A stretch of DNA of 41,751 nucleotides, taken from NCBI RefSeq assembly GCF_000315625.1, contig NW_005434406.1, positions 1 through 41,751 on the forward strand. Direction: 5' to 3'. Positions 1 through 10,640 of this stretch are shown piece by piece. Position 1 is the stretch's first letter. Each line of letters starts with the position of its first letter. The notes under the pieces are model-generated. The model was not told where the DNA came from. It worked only from the letters and a program-made list of their open reading frames with translations, and searched no databases. Source of the DNA: Guillardia theta CCMP2712. Taxonomy: Eukaryota; Protista; Cryptophyta. The position numbers and the translations under genes were made by a program.

Positions 1-79
1 CCTCCTCCTCCTCCTCTCCCTCCTCCTCCTCCTCCTCCTTCTCCTCCTCTTCCTCTCCTCCTTCTTCCTCTGACTTCAG

Positions 80-2048
80 AACATCAGGAAGCGGCGAGGA
101 GGGGCATCAAATACCTCAAAACTGTAGGAGGAGTCGAACAGGTGAAACTACAAAACCTCCATCACGTTATCTATCTAACAAACTTTCATCACGTTATCTA
201 TCTTACAAACCTCCATCACGTTATCTATCTAACAAACTTTCATCACGTTATCTATCTAACAAACTTCCATAAGTTATGTGTGACTCAACCGCAGGCGAGG
301 CATCCAGTGACGGGAGAGGATTTACTTCCCGAACACTTCCATGACGTCGTTCAAGGCAACATCTTGACTTTCAGTCACTCCTTGCTCCATCTCCTCCCTC
401 TTCCTCCTCCCTCTTCCTCCATCTCCTCCTCCCTCTTCCTCCTCCCTCTTCCTCCTCCCTCTTCCTCCATCTCCTCCTCGTCCTCCCTCTCTACTCCCTC
501 CTCCTTGCTCCTCGTCCTCCTCGTCCTCCCTCTCTACTCCCTCCTCCTTGCTCCATCTCCTCCTCCTCCTCCTCCACCTCCTCCTCCTCTCTCTTACCGA
601 GAATTTTTTCCAGGTTTCGGGGTCGGAGATGGTGCGATGAGAGAAATGGAAGCGAATGATAGGTAAGTTGGACTCTACCGTCCTCCTGGACCTCTCTGAC
701 TTCTCCTCCTCCTTCCTCTCTTGCCCTTCCCCTCCCCTCCCTCATCCCCTTTCCCCCCTCCCCCCTCCCCCCTCCCCCTCGCTTCACCTTCCCCTCCCCA
801 CTCACCTCCTCCCCTCCCTCCTCTCTCTCTTCCCCCCCTCCTCTTTGTCGTCTCACTTCCTCGCCCGTCAGGCTGGAGGAGGCAGAGCAGATGGAAAACT
901 TGATCAAGATTCGAGAGCGGCTTCAAAAGGGCCCGGACCACATGGAGGAGGAGCAGGCAGAGCAGGAGCAGGAGCAGGAGCAGGAGGAGGAGGAGGAGAG
1001 CATGAAAGGTGAGACAGAGGTCTGGGAGGAAGGGGGACATAGGGAGGAAGAGTGAACTTCGGAAGGAGGACTGAGAACTTGATAGAGATCAGGTAGAGTA
1101 TGAAAGTAGAGACGAAGAGGAAGGAGGGAGGGGGAGAGAGAGGAAGGCAGGGTCCTCCCTCAGAAGAGAAGTCGCCGCAGACAAGAGGAGGAGTCACGGT
1201 TGGGGGGGGAGGGGAAGGGGNNNNNNNNNNNNNNNNNNNNNNNNNNNNNNNNNNNNNNNNNNNNNNNNNNNNNNNNNNNNNNNNNNNNNNNNNNNNNNNN
1301 NNNNNNNNNNNNNNNNNNNNNNNNNNNNNNNNNNNNNNNNNNNNNNNNNNNNNNNNNNNNNNNNNNNNNNNNNNNNNNNNNNNNNNNNNNNNNNNNNNNN
1401 NNNNNNNNNNNNNNNNNNNNNNNNNNNNNNNNNNNNNNNNNNNNNNNNNNNNNNNNNNNNNNNNNNNNNNNNNNNNNNNNNNNNNNNNNNNNNNNNNNNN
1501 NNNNNNNNNNNNNNNNNNNNNNNNNNNNNNNNNNNNNNNNNNNNNNNNNNNNNNNNNNNNNNNNNNNNNNNNNNNNNNNNNNNNNNNNNNNNNNNNNNNN
1601 NNNNNNNNNNNNNNNNNNNNNNNNNNNNNNNNNNNNNNNNNNNNNNNNNNNNNNNNNNNNNNNTTACTCAAAGTTAAGTTAAAAATCAGTACGAGGACAA
1701 TCAGGAGAGACGAGTAAAATGGGATGAGAAGAGAAGAGGGCGGGGGAGGGGGCAGGAGCAGAGCAGAGAAGGGAGGGGAAAGGGGAGAGGAGGGGTTGGG
1801 AGAGCAGAGCCGAGGGGAGGGGAGGGGAGGAGAGGGGAGGGGAGGGGAGGGGAGAGTACACTGGATATAAAGAAAGTGACGAGGAGAGACAGAAAGAGAA
1901 TGAAACTGCTGAGGTGAGATGTGCCAAAAAACGAGGAGAGAAGAATCGGGAGAAGAACGAAGAAATTTAAGAGGAAAGATGAGACGGGAGACAGAAGAGC
2001 ATAAAGGAGTGTGACTGGACTGGACATCAGGGGAACGAACAACTGTGA
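80..2048 (+). CDS. Partial multi-exon hypothetical protein (5' end outside window; spans an N gap)
   Basis: Phase-consistent exons 80-141, 295-355 (GC donor), 614-662 and 872-1008 read EHQEAARRGIKYLKTVGGVEQ-ARHPVTGEDLLPEHFHDVVQ-GFGVGDGAMREMEANDR-LEEAEQMENLIKIRERLQKG. Probable last exons are ~1872-1912 and 2031-2048 (GNEQL*). No family recognised. Confidence 0.55.
151..275. repeat. Intronic 27-bp minisatellite (~4.5 copies)
   Basis: Unit CAAAC(CTC/TTT)CATCACGTTATCTATCTAA; it produces the spurious NLHHVIYLT/NFHHVIYLT ORF repeat. Confidence 0.9.
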
Positions 2049-2112
2049 AATGAAGCAACCACTCCAACAACCTTCTGCGATGTATGGTGTACTGCATCGC
2101 TAGGCGACTTGT

Positions 2113-3839
2113 ATGAAACCTGCCAACCTCGCTCCCCTCCTCGTCCTGCCCTTCCTGTTAGCTGCAGGTAACCGCTCCTCTCCCATTAGCGCTGCTTGAC
2201 CTGCAGCTCATAGGCCAGCCCGGGGAGCTTGGCAAGCCTCGTCATGGTCAGGCGGAGAGCTGTTGGGCGCTTGAGAGGAGGAGCCTAGTGCAGCTGGATG
2301 CGGCAGAGACTGTTACATGGCTGGAGTGCCGGCAGGCAGAGGAAGCGACGGTGGAGGCGCTGAGAAGAAGCGACGTGACGGGGGCTGAGCTTGCGGTGTG
2401 CGATGGTGAGGAGGGAGGAGGGAGGAGGACTGAGAAGCTTGACGGCTACAGGGGATGTCGAGGAGGGAACTAGAGGAGGTGATAAGCATGAGCGCGGTAG
2501 GGAGAGGGAGAAGTTGAGGGGAGGATGACATTGGGGCAGGTTCAAGCATGGCGGCTGAGTAAGCTTGTATCACCTCCGAAGGAGGAGAAGGAGGAGGGAA
2601 AAAATGTGAGTCAAAGTGCGAGGAGGATGCAGAGACAGCGACTGACGGGGCTGCTGGTCGTTCCGCATGCTCGCATGCGGAGAGCAGGCAGAGGCTGGTC
2701 GGTGGAGCTCGTGGGTGAAGTGCGAGGAGCACGAAGGGATCAAGAGCTGCGTGGCCCGCAACGTCTGCTGGGACGTGACGTCACGAACTCTGAGGGTCTT
2801 CGACTCCAGCGACCAAGACGTCTCCTTCACGACGTACTTGGCAGCCAAGTACCCACCCTACTCGACCCCTGAAGAGGCTCTGGTAGTGGATGGGTCCGCG
2901 GGGGAATGCGAGGGGTGCGTCTTCCTGAAGGGAGTGTACGGTCTGGTAGGGCGATATTTTGCGCACAACAGAGGGCATGTGCTGGGAGATGAAGTGTGGG
3001 CGATGTTCCAGGCGCTGAGCTTGTGGGGGATGGAGGAAGAGTACCGGAACATGCAGGTCATCCTCCACGAGGACGCGCTGAACGCTGACGTGTTCGAGTT
3101 CGTGAACGCTCGGCCTGTGTGGACAGTAGGGACCGTGATCAACCAGCACGGGGGCTTCTTGTGCATGGAGACTGTCGTCTTCGGCCTTGCCCACCTCGGG
3201 TATGCGTTAGGACACTCGTGCGGGGATGGAAGGAGCGTAACGTGCAGGCCAAAGTTCCTTCCTCCCTTCCAGGTCAACGTCCGACGCTTTCGCCTCCTTG
3301 CCATGGAGCTGCACGGCATAAGCGAGCGAGCACGACCTGAAGTCGCCCAGGTTGTTGTGACGCGAAAAGGTCGCAAGGCTCTCAACCCTGTGCGCCTAGT
3401 CAACACAGAGGAAGTCGTGGCAGCTGTGAAGAGCCTTGGAGTCGCAGTCCTGGTCGCTGACTGGTCGACGATGAGCAGCAAGGAGCAACTCGCGCTCATG
3501 TCTCGGACGGACGTCCTGGTGTCACTGCCGGGGAGCGACACGATGAACGCGATCTGGATGCCGTGGGACCGTTCGCTGGTAACGCCATGCCGCATCTACA
3601 TGGACGGGAGGGTCGACGAGGGAAACGAGACTGAGATCTGGTTTCGCTACATCCACAATGTGACGCGCTGGTGCGGCTTCGACAGGTCCAGGGACGTGGA
3701 GCGAGTCAAGGGAGAAAGTCACATGAGGGTGCCGGTGGAGGTGGTGAAGGCGCTGGTGGGAGAGCAGCTGGGAAGGTTGAGCGACAAGGGGTACGTACTG
3801 CCGTCAGTTCCCAGTGGGGGCGAAGGAAGGAAACCATGA
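2113..3839 (+). CDS. Glycosyltransferase family 61 (DUF563/EOGT-like), secretory pathway
   Basis: Signal-peptide-like exon MKPANLAPLLVLPFLLAA (2113-2167), small exons, then a long final exon ~2688-3839. GT61-like motifs: HNRGHVLGD, VVVTRK..RLVNTEEVV, MSSKEQLALMSRTDVLVSLPGSDTMNAIWMP (consensus EQxxxxxxADVLVGxHGAGLTNxxFM). Phases of the small 5' exons are not fully resolved. Confidence 0.75.
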
Positions 3840-4372
3840 CAGCTGGGAGATCTGTAGACTCAATGGCGGCCCGGCCCTGCGCCTCCTTGAGCAGACGAGG
3901 GACATTCTGATCGTATTGCTGCTGTGAATGCATGTATACGTGTACTTGTCCGCTTGATCTCTGCACAACGCAACGTGTACCTGCAGTGTCAGGATGACCC
4001 TTGTAGCCCTTGAGAAAACGCTGGTTTGTCCTAACCATGAGCACTACTCGGGTGCTATGGAGCCCAAGCAGTCGGACGGGGGAGGGGGAAGCATGATGAA
4101 GCAGAGAAGAAGGATGTCACATACCATCTCCTCCCTCCGACTGCTGAGGCTTGGCGATGTGCAGAGATCAAGCGGACAAGTACACGTCTACATGCATTCA
4201 CAGCAGCAATACGATCAGAGTGTCCCTCGTCTGCTCAAGGAGGCGCAGGGCCGGGCCGCACATCTCCCAGCTATCATGGTTTCCTCCCTTCGCCCCCACT
4301 GGGAACTGACGGCAGTACGTACCCCTTGTCGCTCGACCTTCCCAGCTGCTCTCCCACCAGCCCGCACCAGCG
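3750..4372. repeat. Inverted repeat, arms ~3750-3967 and ~4158-4372
   Basis: The right arm is the reverse complement of the GT61 CDS 3' end plus 3' flank (e.g. CTTGAGCAGACGAGGGACA vs TGTCCCTCGTCTGCTCAAG), with few substitutions and one ~12-nt indel. Confidence 0.92.
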
Positions 4373-4731
4373 CGTTATTTTCGTCGCACTGCAAAGCTTT
4401 CAACAGCAGATGGAGTAGTGATATGAAGATGATTCAACGCAGGTTTGCACAACAGGAGAAGAAGAGAGTTTTCGTCGATCCTAGAGAGCGAGAAGAAGTT
4501 TGAGACATTGGATTTGGTTGAAGTTGCTGCAGAGGATCACAGTCTTGGACTGTCTTTGTGGTTGTTGAAGCTGATCATACCTTAGCTTTCCTCCTCATTT
4601 CGCTCTCAAGCTTGAATTGAAAATCTTCTCACTTCATCGTGGTGTTCTTTCTCCCCTGCTCTTCTCCTTCTTGAAAATCTTCTCACTTCAGCACACCAGC
4701 TGAGAATTGAAAACTTGAATCGTTTGTACCT

Positions 4732-5337
4732 TTATCGTACCTTACTTCCATCCCTCCCTCCCTTCATGCGGCTGACTCCCGGAGTCCTCCCCGCGCACCC
4801 TTCCGACATCCTCCTCATCCTGCCCTCCCCTTCCATTGTCCCACACCTCTCTTGCCCCGGCCCGCCCGATGACGGCGATCGTCGTATCATCAGCGTCCCC
4901 GTCAAGCTCTCCTCCCTCCCCGTCCCCTCAGGGCACGACGGCATCCTCCCGATCGTCTCCGCCTTCGGGCTTCTCCCTGGCCCCGCCTGCTCTCCCCTCG
5001 CAGCTCGCACCTCCAAGGCCTGCTGTCCGCCGTGAAACGAGTGCCGCCGGACGGACGCTGACGACCCTTGCTCCGTCCTCACGATGTTGGCGTAGAAGCG
5101 GCTCCCGCTTGACAGCCTGGGCTTGACGGAGAGGCTGCCGCTGCTGGGGGTGCGACCGAAGCTCGACGCGCTCGAGGAGGCGTCGATGCTGGGGCAGCTC
5201 TTCCTCCTCGGCGAGCTCGGGGATCTGGCAAAGAGGGGTGGAGATGTCCGCTGGGGGGGCTGAGGCAGGGGACAAGCTTTCCCGCCCAAGCCATGACGGT
5301 CAAGAGGAGGAGGAGAGGCGTCGGAGCTGCGGAGGGT
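4732..5337 (-). CDS. Ser/Arg/Gly-rich hypothetical ORF, copy A (5' part in N gap)
   Basis: Open frame identical to copy B except 4 amino acids; no recognisable domain. Confidence 0.4.
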   Translation of the reverse strand, partial: TLRSSDASPPPLDRHGLGGKACPLPQPPQRTSPPLFARSPSSPRRKSCPSIDASSSASSFGRTPSSGSLSVKPRLSSGSRFYANIVRTEQGSSASVRRHSFHGGQQALEVRAARGEQAGPGRSPKAETIGRMPSCPEGTGREESLTGTLMIRRSPSSGGPGQERCGTMEGEGRMRRMSEGCAGRTPGVSRMKGGRDGSKVR

Positions 5338-5816
5338 NNNNNNNNNNNNNNNNNNNNNNNNNNNNNNNNNNNNNNNNNNNNNNNNNNNNNNNNNNNNNNN
5401 NNNNNNNNNNNNNNNNNNNNNNNNNNNNNNNNNNNNNNNNNNNNNNNNNNNNNNNNNNNNNNNNNNNNNNNNNNNNNNNNNNNNNNNNNNNNNNNNNNNN
5501 NNNNNNNNNNNNNNNNNNNNNNNNNNNNNNNNNNNNNNNNNNNNNNNNNNNNNNNNNNNNNNNNNNNNNNNNNNNNNNNNNNNNNNNNNNNNNNNNNNNN
5601 NNNNNNNNNNNNNNNNNNNNNNNNNNNNNNNNNNNNNNNNNNNNNNNNNNNNNNNNNNNNNNNNNNNNNNNNNNNNNNNNNNNNNNNNNNNNNNNNNNNN
5701 NNNNNNNNNNNNNNNNNNNNNNNNNNNNNNNNNNNNNNNNNNNNNNNNNNNNNNNNNNNNNNNNNNNNNNNNNNNNNNNNNNNNNNNNNNNNNNNNNNNN
5801 NNNNNNNNNNNNNNNN

Positions 5817-5846
5817 TCTGTCTGTCTGTCTGTCTATCTGTCTGTG

Positions 5847-5889
<43 letters not shown>

Positions 5890-5906
5890 GTGTCTGTCTG
5901 TCTGTG

Positions 5907-5994
<88 letters not shown>
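5817..5994. repeat. (TCTG)n microsatellite
   Basis: Direct inspection. Confidence 0.95.
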
Positions 5995-5997
<3 letters not shown>

Positions 5998-6976
5998 TTC
6001 CCTCTCTCTTTCTCCCTTCTTCCCTCTCCTCACTTCTACCTCCTCTCTATCATATCACACTTCCATCGCGCATGTGCTCCAAAAAACCAGCGTCGCGCAA
6101 TGACACGGACCCTACCACTACTATCTAGTACCCTCCGACTCAGATCGTACCGTACCCGTCCTCTGCACCAGTTTGGACCCACCCTTTACAGATCATCGGA
6201 GCCATGCAGGATGTTCGTATACAGATAAGTTTTGGTCGGGCGGGGAGGGGTGGACATCGGAACTGATTACGATATACTATAAAATTACTATAAAATCCCC
6301 AGATTCATCAATATTTTACTACATCTCAATCATACATTAATTGAAAACAAAGTAAAATTTCAATTACCGGACAATAGGTTCTTGGGGAGGGCCTCTGCCG
6401 AGTCTGGGAGGCAAGTTCAAGGAACAAAAGTTAACTTTCTCTATCTGTTTCAAAACTGAGGGTAAACTTTGAACTTGTCCTCTTGAAATGTAAACTTTGA
6501 GTGTTTGACATGGCAGTTATTCCGACAGTCAAAATGTAACCGTCATACAAAAAAAAAGGCCTTGTAAGAAAATGCACCTGCGGGGGCAGTGCAGATAAAC
6601 TATATACCATCAATTAGGCGAAGTAATAACATTTATGGTATTTTTATGGTTCAACATTGTCAATTTATAGCAGTACGTACTGAAACAGATACGCGCCTAT
6701 GAGGATAGCACCTTCCTACGGCAATACATGGGTATGAGGGTACCCACTTGTACGTACCATGAAACATATCATATCTTGCTATAAACAGACTATATACGCC
6801 TTCCTGGCCCTTTTAGTTAGGCCTCCGAAGCAACCCCACCTTCCCTTTGAAGTGACGATCACAGGTAAAAGGTGGGTGGGGGTGGGTTAGCAGTACCGGG
6901 GTACGGACCCTGAGCGGATCACCAATGAGAGGATGAAGGAAGGTAGAAGTTAGGAGAGGGAAGAAGGGAGAAAGAG

Positions 6977-6986
6977 AGACAGACAA

Positions 6987-7078
<92 letters not shown>

Positions 7079-7086
7079 ACAGGCGC

Positions 7087-7141
<55 letters not shown>

Positions 7142-7197
7142 ACAGACAGACAGGCAGGCAGGCAGACACACACACACAGAGACAGACACACAGACAC

Positions 7198-7228
<31 letters not shown>
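6977..7228. repeat. Compound (CAGA)n/(CAGG)n microsatellite
   Basis: Direct inspection; counterpart of 5817-5994 in the other arm. Confidence 0.95.
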
Positions 7229-7389
7229 TGGAAAGGGACTGAAACCGAGACATGGATAGAGAATAGAGCACACATTCAAGGGAAAAGAAAGGAGTTGTGA
7301 CCAAAAGAGAGGGAAAGTCACCAACAAAGCAAGGAGAGAAGTAGTTGTGGAGAAGAATCAAAGTTGTGGAGGGGAAACAGCTGCAAGCC

Positions 7390-8172
7390 ATGACAGTAGA
7401 TATTGCCAAACCCCGATATCGCTTCAAGCCCCCCGCCATGCTGAGTGTGATATTCGGTTGGATCCGTGCCCTCCTCCTCTCTGCTCAAGCTTGGTGGTCA
7501 GCCTTCCTCCCTGCCGCTCTCACTCAAGAAGCACAGCACTGCTTGTATGACGCCAAGCCTCAGCAGACCCTCCGCAGCTCCGACGCCTCTCCTCCTCCTC
7601 TTGACCGTCATGGCTTGGGCAGGAAAGCTTGTCCCCTGCCTCAGCCCCCCCAGCGGACATCTCCACCCCTCTTTGCCAGATCCCCGAGCTCGCCGAGGAG
7701 GAAGAGCTGCCCCAGCATCGACGCCTCCTCGAGCGCGTCGAGCTTCGGTCGCACCCCCAGCAGCAGCAGCCTCTCCGTCAAGCCCAGGCTGTCAAGCGGG
7801 AGCCGCTTCTACGCCAACATCGTGAGGACGGAGCAAGGGTCGTCAGCGTCCGTCCGGCGGCACTCGTTTCACGGCGGACAGCAGGCCTCGGAGGTGCGAG
7901 CTGCGAGGAGAGAGCAGGCGGGGCCAGGGAGAAGCCCGAAGGCGGAGACGATCGGGAGGATGCCGTCGTGCCCTGAGGGGACGGGGAGGGAGGAGAGCTT
8001 GACGGGGACGCTGATGATACGACGATCGCCGTCATCGGGCGGGCCGGGGCAAGAGAGGTGTGGGACAATGGAAGGGGAGGGCAGGATGAGGAGGATGTCG
8101 GAAGGGTGCGCGGGGAGGACTCCGGGAGTCAGCCGCATGAAGGGAGGGAGGGATGGAAGTAAGGTACGATAA
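7390..8172 (+). CDS. Ser/Arg/Gly-rich hypothetical ORF, copy B (~260 aa, hydrophobic N-terminal segment)
   Basis: ATG 7390: MTVDIAKPRYRFKPPAMLSVIFGWIRALLLSAQAWWSAFLP, followed by a low-complexity tail. Intronless; no known domain. Confidence 0.45.
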   Translation: MTVDIAKPRYRFKPPAMLSVIFGWIRALLLSAQAWWSAFLPAALTQEAQHCLYDAKPQQTLRSSDASPPPLDRHGLGRKACPLPQPPQRTSPPLFARSPSSPRRKSCPSIDASSSASSFGRTPSSSSLSVKPRLSSGSRFYANIVRTEQGSSASVRRHSFHGGQQASEVRAARREQAGPGRSPKAETIGRMPSCPEGTGREESLTGTLMIRRSPSSGGPGQERCGTMEGEGRMRRMSEGCAGRTPGVSRMKGGRDGSKVR

Positions 8173-8202
8173 AGGCCCAAATGATTCACTCAGCTGGTGT
8201 GC

Positions 8203-9560
8203 ACCGTGACGGTAGTGGCACTCTGAGCTAACTTCTGGCAAGCCACTGACTATCGTTGCGGTGGCACCCGGCCGCGGCACGCGGCCCAGCGGCCTGACTC
8301 GTTCAACGTGGCGCCCGCGGTGACTCGGAGGCTCGTGACTCGTGACTGACCGCATTTGCCGAACTCTAGCTACCGACCGTGGGAACTGCAGGAGTAGTGA
8401 CTCAGGCTGCTTTTTAACTTACTACTGTGACTTTGAGTAAAGAAAGTAGTGACAGATGGTTGAACCCCTTCCCTGTGCCGCTCAGTGACCATTGAGTGTG
8501 CCACCGACGGTCGGACGGTGCCATCATTGTCATCATCGCGGCCCGGCCCGGCCGGGCCCCGCCGGGGTCACGCCCCGGCGGCTCCGACCCGGTGACCGTT
8601 CCGCCGCGCCCGGCTGCTGACTCCGGCCGGGCCCGGGGCCCGGGGCGCGGCCGCCCCGCGGTACTACTCGCAGTGGCCGGGCACCGCCGTGTGACTGCGG
8701 CACGACTCGAACTTGCCATTGAACTTCCATGGGCCCGGGCCGTGACCGTACGGTGGCACTGGCTCAGTTCGGCGGGGCCCGGCGTGCCGCCGCGCCGCAC
8801 TGCGACAGTGCCACGCCGGGTGACGGTGGCACTGCGCGTGACGCCCTGAGGGCCGGCCGCGCCGGGGGGGGCGGCTGGCAGGCTGAGTGCCACGGTGCAG
8901 GGTGCGCGGCCGGGCGGCGACCGCCGGGCGGCCCATAGACGGTTGCCTTTTTCAATTGACCGGGCCTTGCCAGGAGCTCCGTAGTAAAACGTTTCGCTGT
9001 GAGGGTGGTAGATTCAAATCCACGCATACCACGCCTAGGCTCGAGTCATGTCACAGTGTGGGGGCGGGTTGGGTCTTCCGACCGTACCGTGTTCACAATT
9101 CAAATCACGAACTTCCGAAGAGCCAAGCAGGACTTTTTCTGGCAGTGGCAGGCTTCAAGAGTCTTGATTACAATTCAAGTCTTGTCACGGGCAAACTTGG
9201 GCCTTGATATTGAGAGACTTCGAATCCAACCCAACTGAGATAGAAATGAGATGAAGATCTCATATCATACCTGTAAGAGATGCCGATCGCCGGAGCTTCT
9301 TTCTCAACGTGACTCTACAGCCTGTTGGGCCCCGGTACGCATTGAAGTATAGCCCCGGTGATACCGTACCGTACCGTACCGGCCCCGGGCTGCCCCCGTC
9401 TCCGCCCCCCGGCGCTGGGCCGCGCCACTCGCGGCCGGCGGGCCGTCACTCAGTGACTGCAGCCCGGCCCTGAGTGCGGGGCGGGCTACCGTGGCATCTG
9501 TACCGGGCCGTTGACGGCCCGACGGTCCGAGCCACTCAGAGTTCACCGTCGGCTCCAGGA
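8203..9560. other. Very GC-rich non-coding mosaic of short palindromic words
   Basis: Dense CCGG/GGCC/CCCGGG/CGGTAC/TCAGTGAC words. ORFs in all frames are P/G/R/A-rich and look spurious. Similar tracts at 30270-30520 and 36547-36645. Confidence 0.6.
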
Positions 9561-9599
9561 GCAGGCTCGGTTTGGTTTACACCGACACTATTGGGTCCT

Positions 9600-10640
9600 A
9601 TGGTTCCTAGAACGTGAAGGCCTAGGGGGCAGGGACTCTAAAGCCTCGGATGCGGGGGTGGGGGTTTGTAAAAGGTCGTATGAGCTTTCTGACTGGCAGT
9701 ATAGGCCCCAGGTCCTAGCTTCCTAGCATAGGGTCATAACACTTTCGTCCAGTTGGATAGTAAATGTGTAGGGTGGGGTGCGGTCACGAGATGGTTGGAG
9801 TCGAGTGGGTGGGGTATCTGACGGAGGAGTGGGTAGGGTAATAAGTGAATCTAGGGGTTATTTACATCAGGTTTAGATTTGCTATGACCCCATCTTAATC
9901 AACCATAAGACCTGTGTCATAGGATTTGATGACCCCACCCTGGTTCAAGTGAAGCCAATGACCAGCATTGTCCTGTGGGGTATTGTCAAGGGTAGTGATC
10001 GCTAATTGAGGGTGGGTGGTATGGTGCGAGATACAAAAGAGGTGTACCGGTGGTTTCTATACTGCAAAGTACCCCTAGAGACCGACGTGTTTTGTTAATC
10101 TTGACCAAGGGTGCCTTTTTAAAATACCTTTTAAATTTCTCCAAAAGGTATTTTGAAAACCAGGGGGTAGGGTGATACGGGGTCAGCGTTTCGGTGGGGT
10201 CCTTTGGAAATCAATTCAAGGGGTGAAGAAAAAAGGGTCCCTCTCTGATGGTAGGGTAGGTAGTTCCAGGAATTCCTATGAGTTAGTGAGTAGGGAGGGT
10301 GGGTCAGATCTGGTTTTGGGTGGGTGGATGTAGTTTATTTGGGTGGGTCGGGGTGGTATAGTTGTATTCTATAGGGGGTAGTACATTGCATATATGGAGT
10401 GGGGAAAGGGGGTACTTTTCTCGGTAAAGAGGCTAGGTTGGGTGGGGTGGATAGGGGGTGCCATTCGGTCTGGTATTATCTTGGGGGTCACAGGGGTCCT
10501 GAATTGATGTTGTGGGTGGTAGGGCTACTGAAACATGGGTCTTAACGACCAGAGGGAGACGATATTCGTGGGGTGGGGTCATTTCAGAAGAGGGGTAGTA
10601 ATTGCTTGTAAGGGGTAGGGGGTCCTTGGTTTTGTCGATC
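9600..10640 (+). other. Strand-asymmetric G-rich (GGGT/GGGGTA) intergenic tract
   Basis: Many GGGTGGGG, GGGTAGGG and GGGGTAC words on one strand, AT-rich linkers, no credible ORF. Confidence 0.6.

Larger units (their letters stand above)
4691..8202. repeat. Large inverted duplication, arms ~4691-6045 and ~6940-8202 around a ~0.9-kb unique spacer
   Basis: ORF 4732-5337(-) matches 7567-8172(+) almost perfectly. Both arms include a CAGA-type microsatellite and the flank GGTAGAAGTxAGGAGAGGGAAGAAGGGAGAAAGAGAG. Outer homology ends at GCACACCAGCTGAG. Confidence 0.93.

Noticed and set aside
151-275. CRISPR-like regular repeats (also 40716-41002)
   Set aside because: Head-to-tail tandem units without unique spacers, intronic, eukaryotic context, no cas genes.
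4691-8202. Autonomous DNA transposon with long terminal inverted repeats
   Set aside because: No transposase or other mobility ORF in the spacer or arms, and no clear target-site duplication.
8975-9235. Possible tRNA or Pol III element (B-box-like GATTCAAATCC, CTTCGAATCC)
   Set aside because: No cloverleaf or acceptor stem could be built by eye; tRNAscan-SE would settle it.
8414-9546. Multiple overlapping ORFs in the GC-rich tract
   Set aside because: P/G/R/A-biased in all frames, explained by stop-codon scarcity; no motifs or splice structure.
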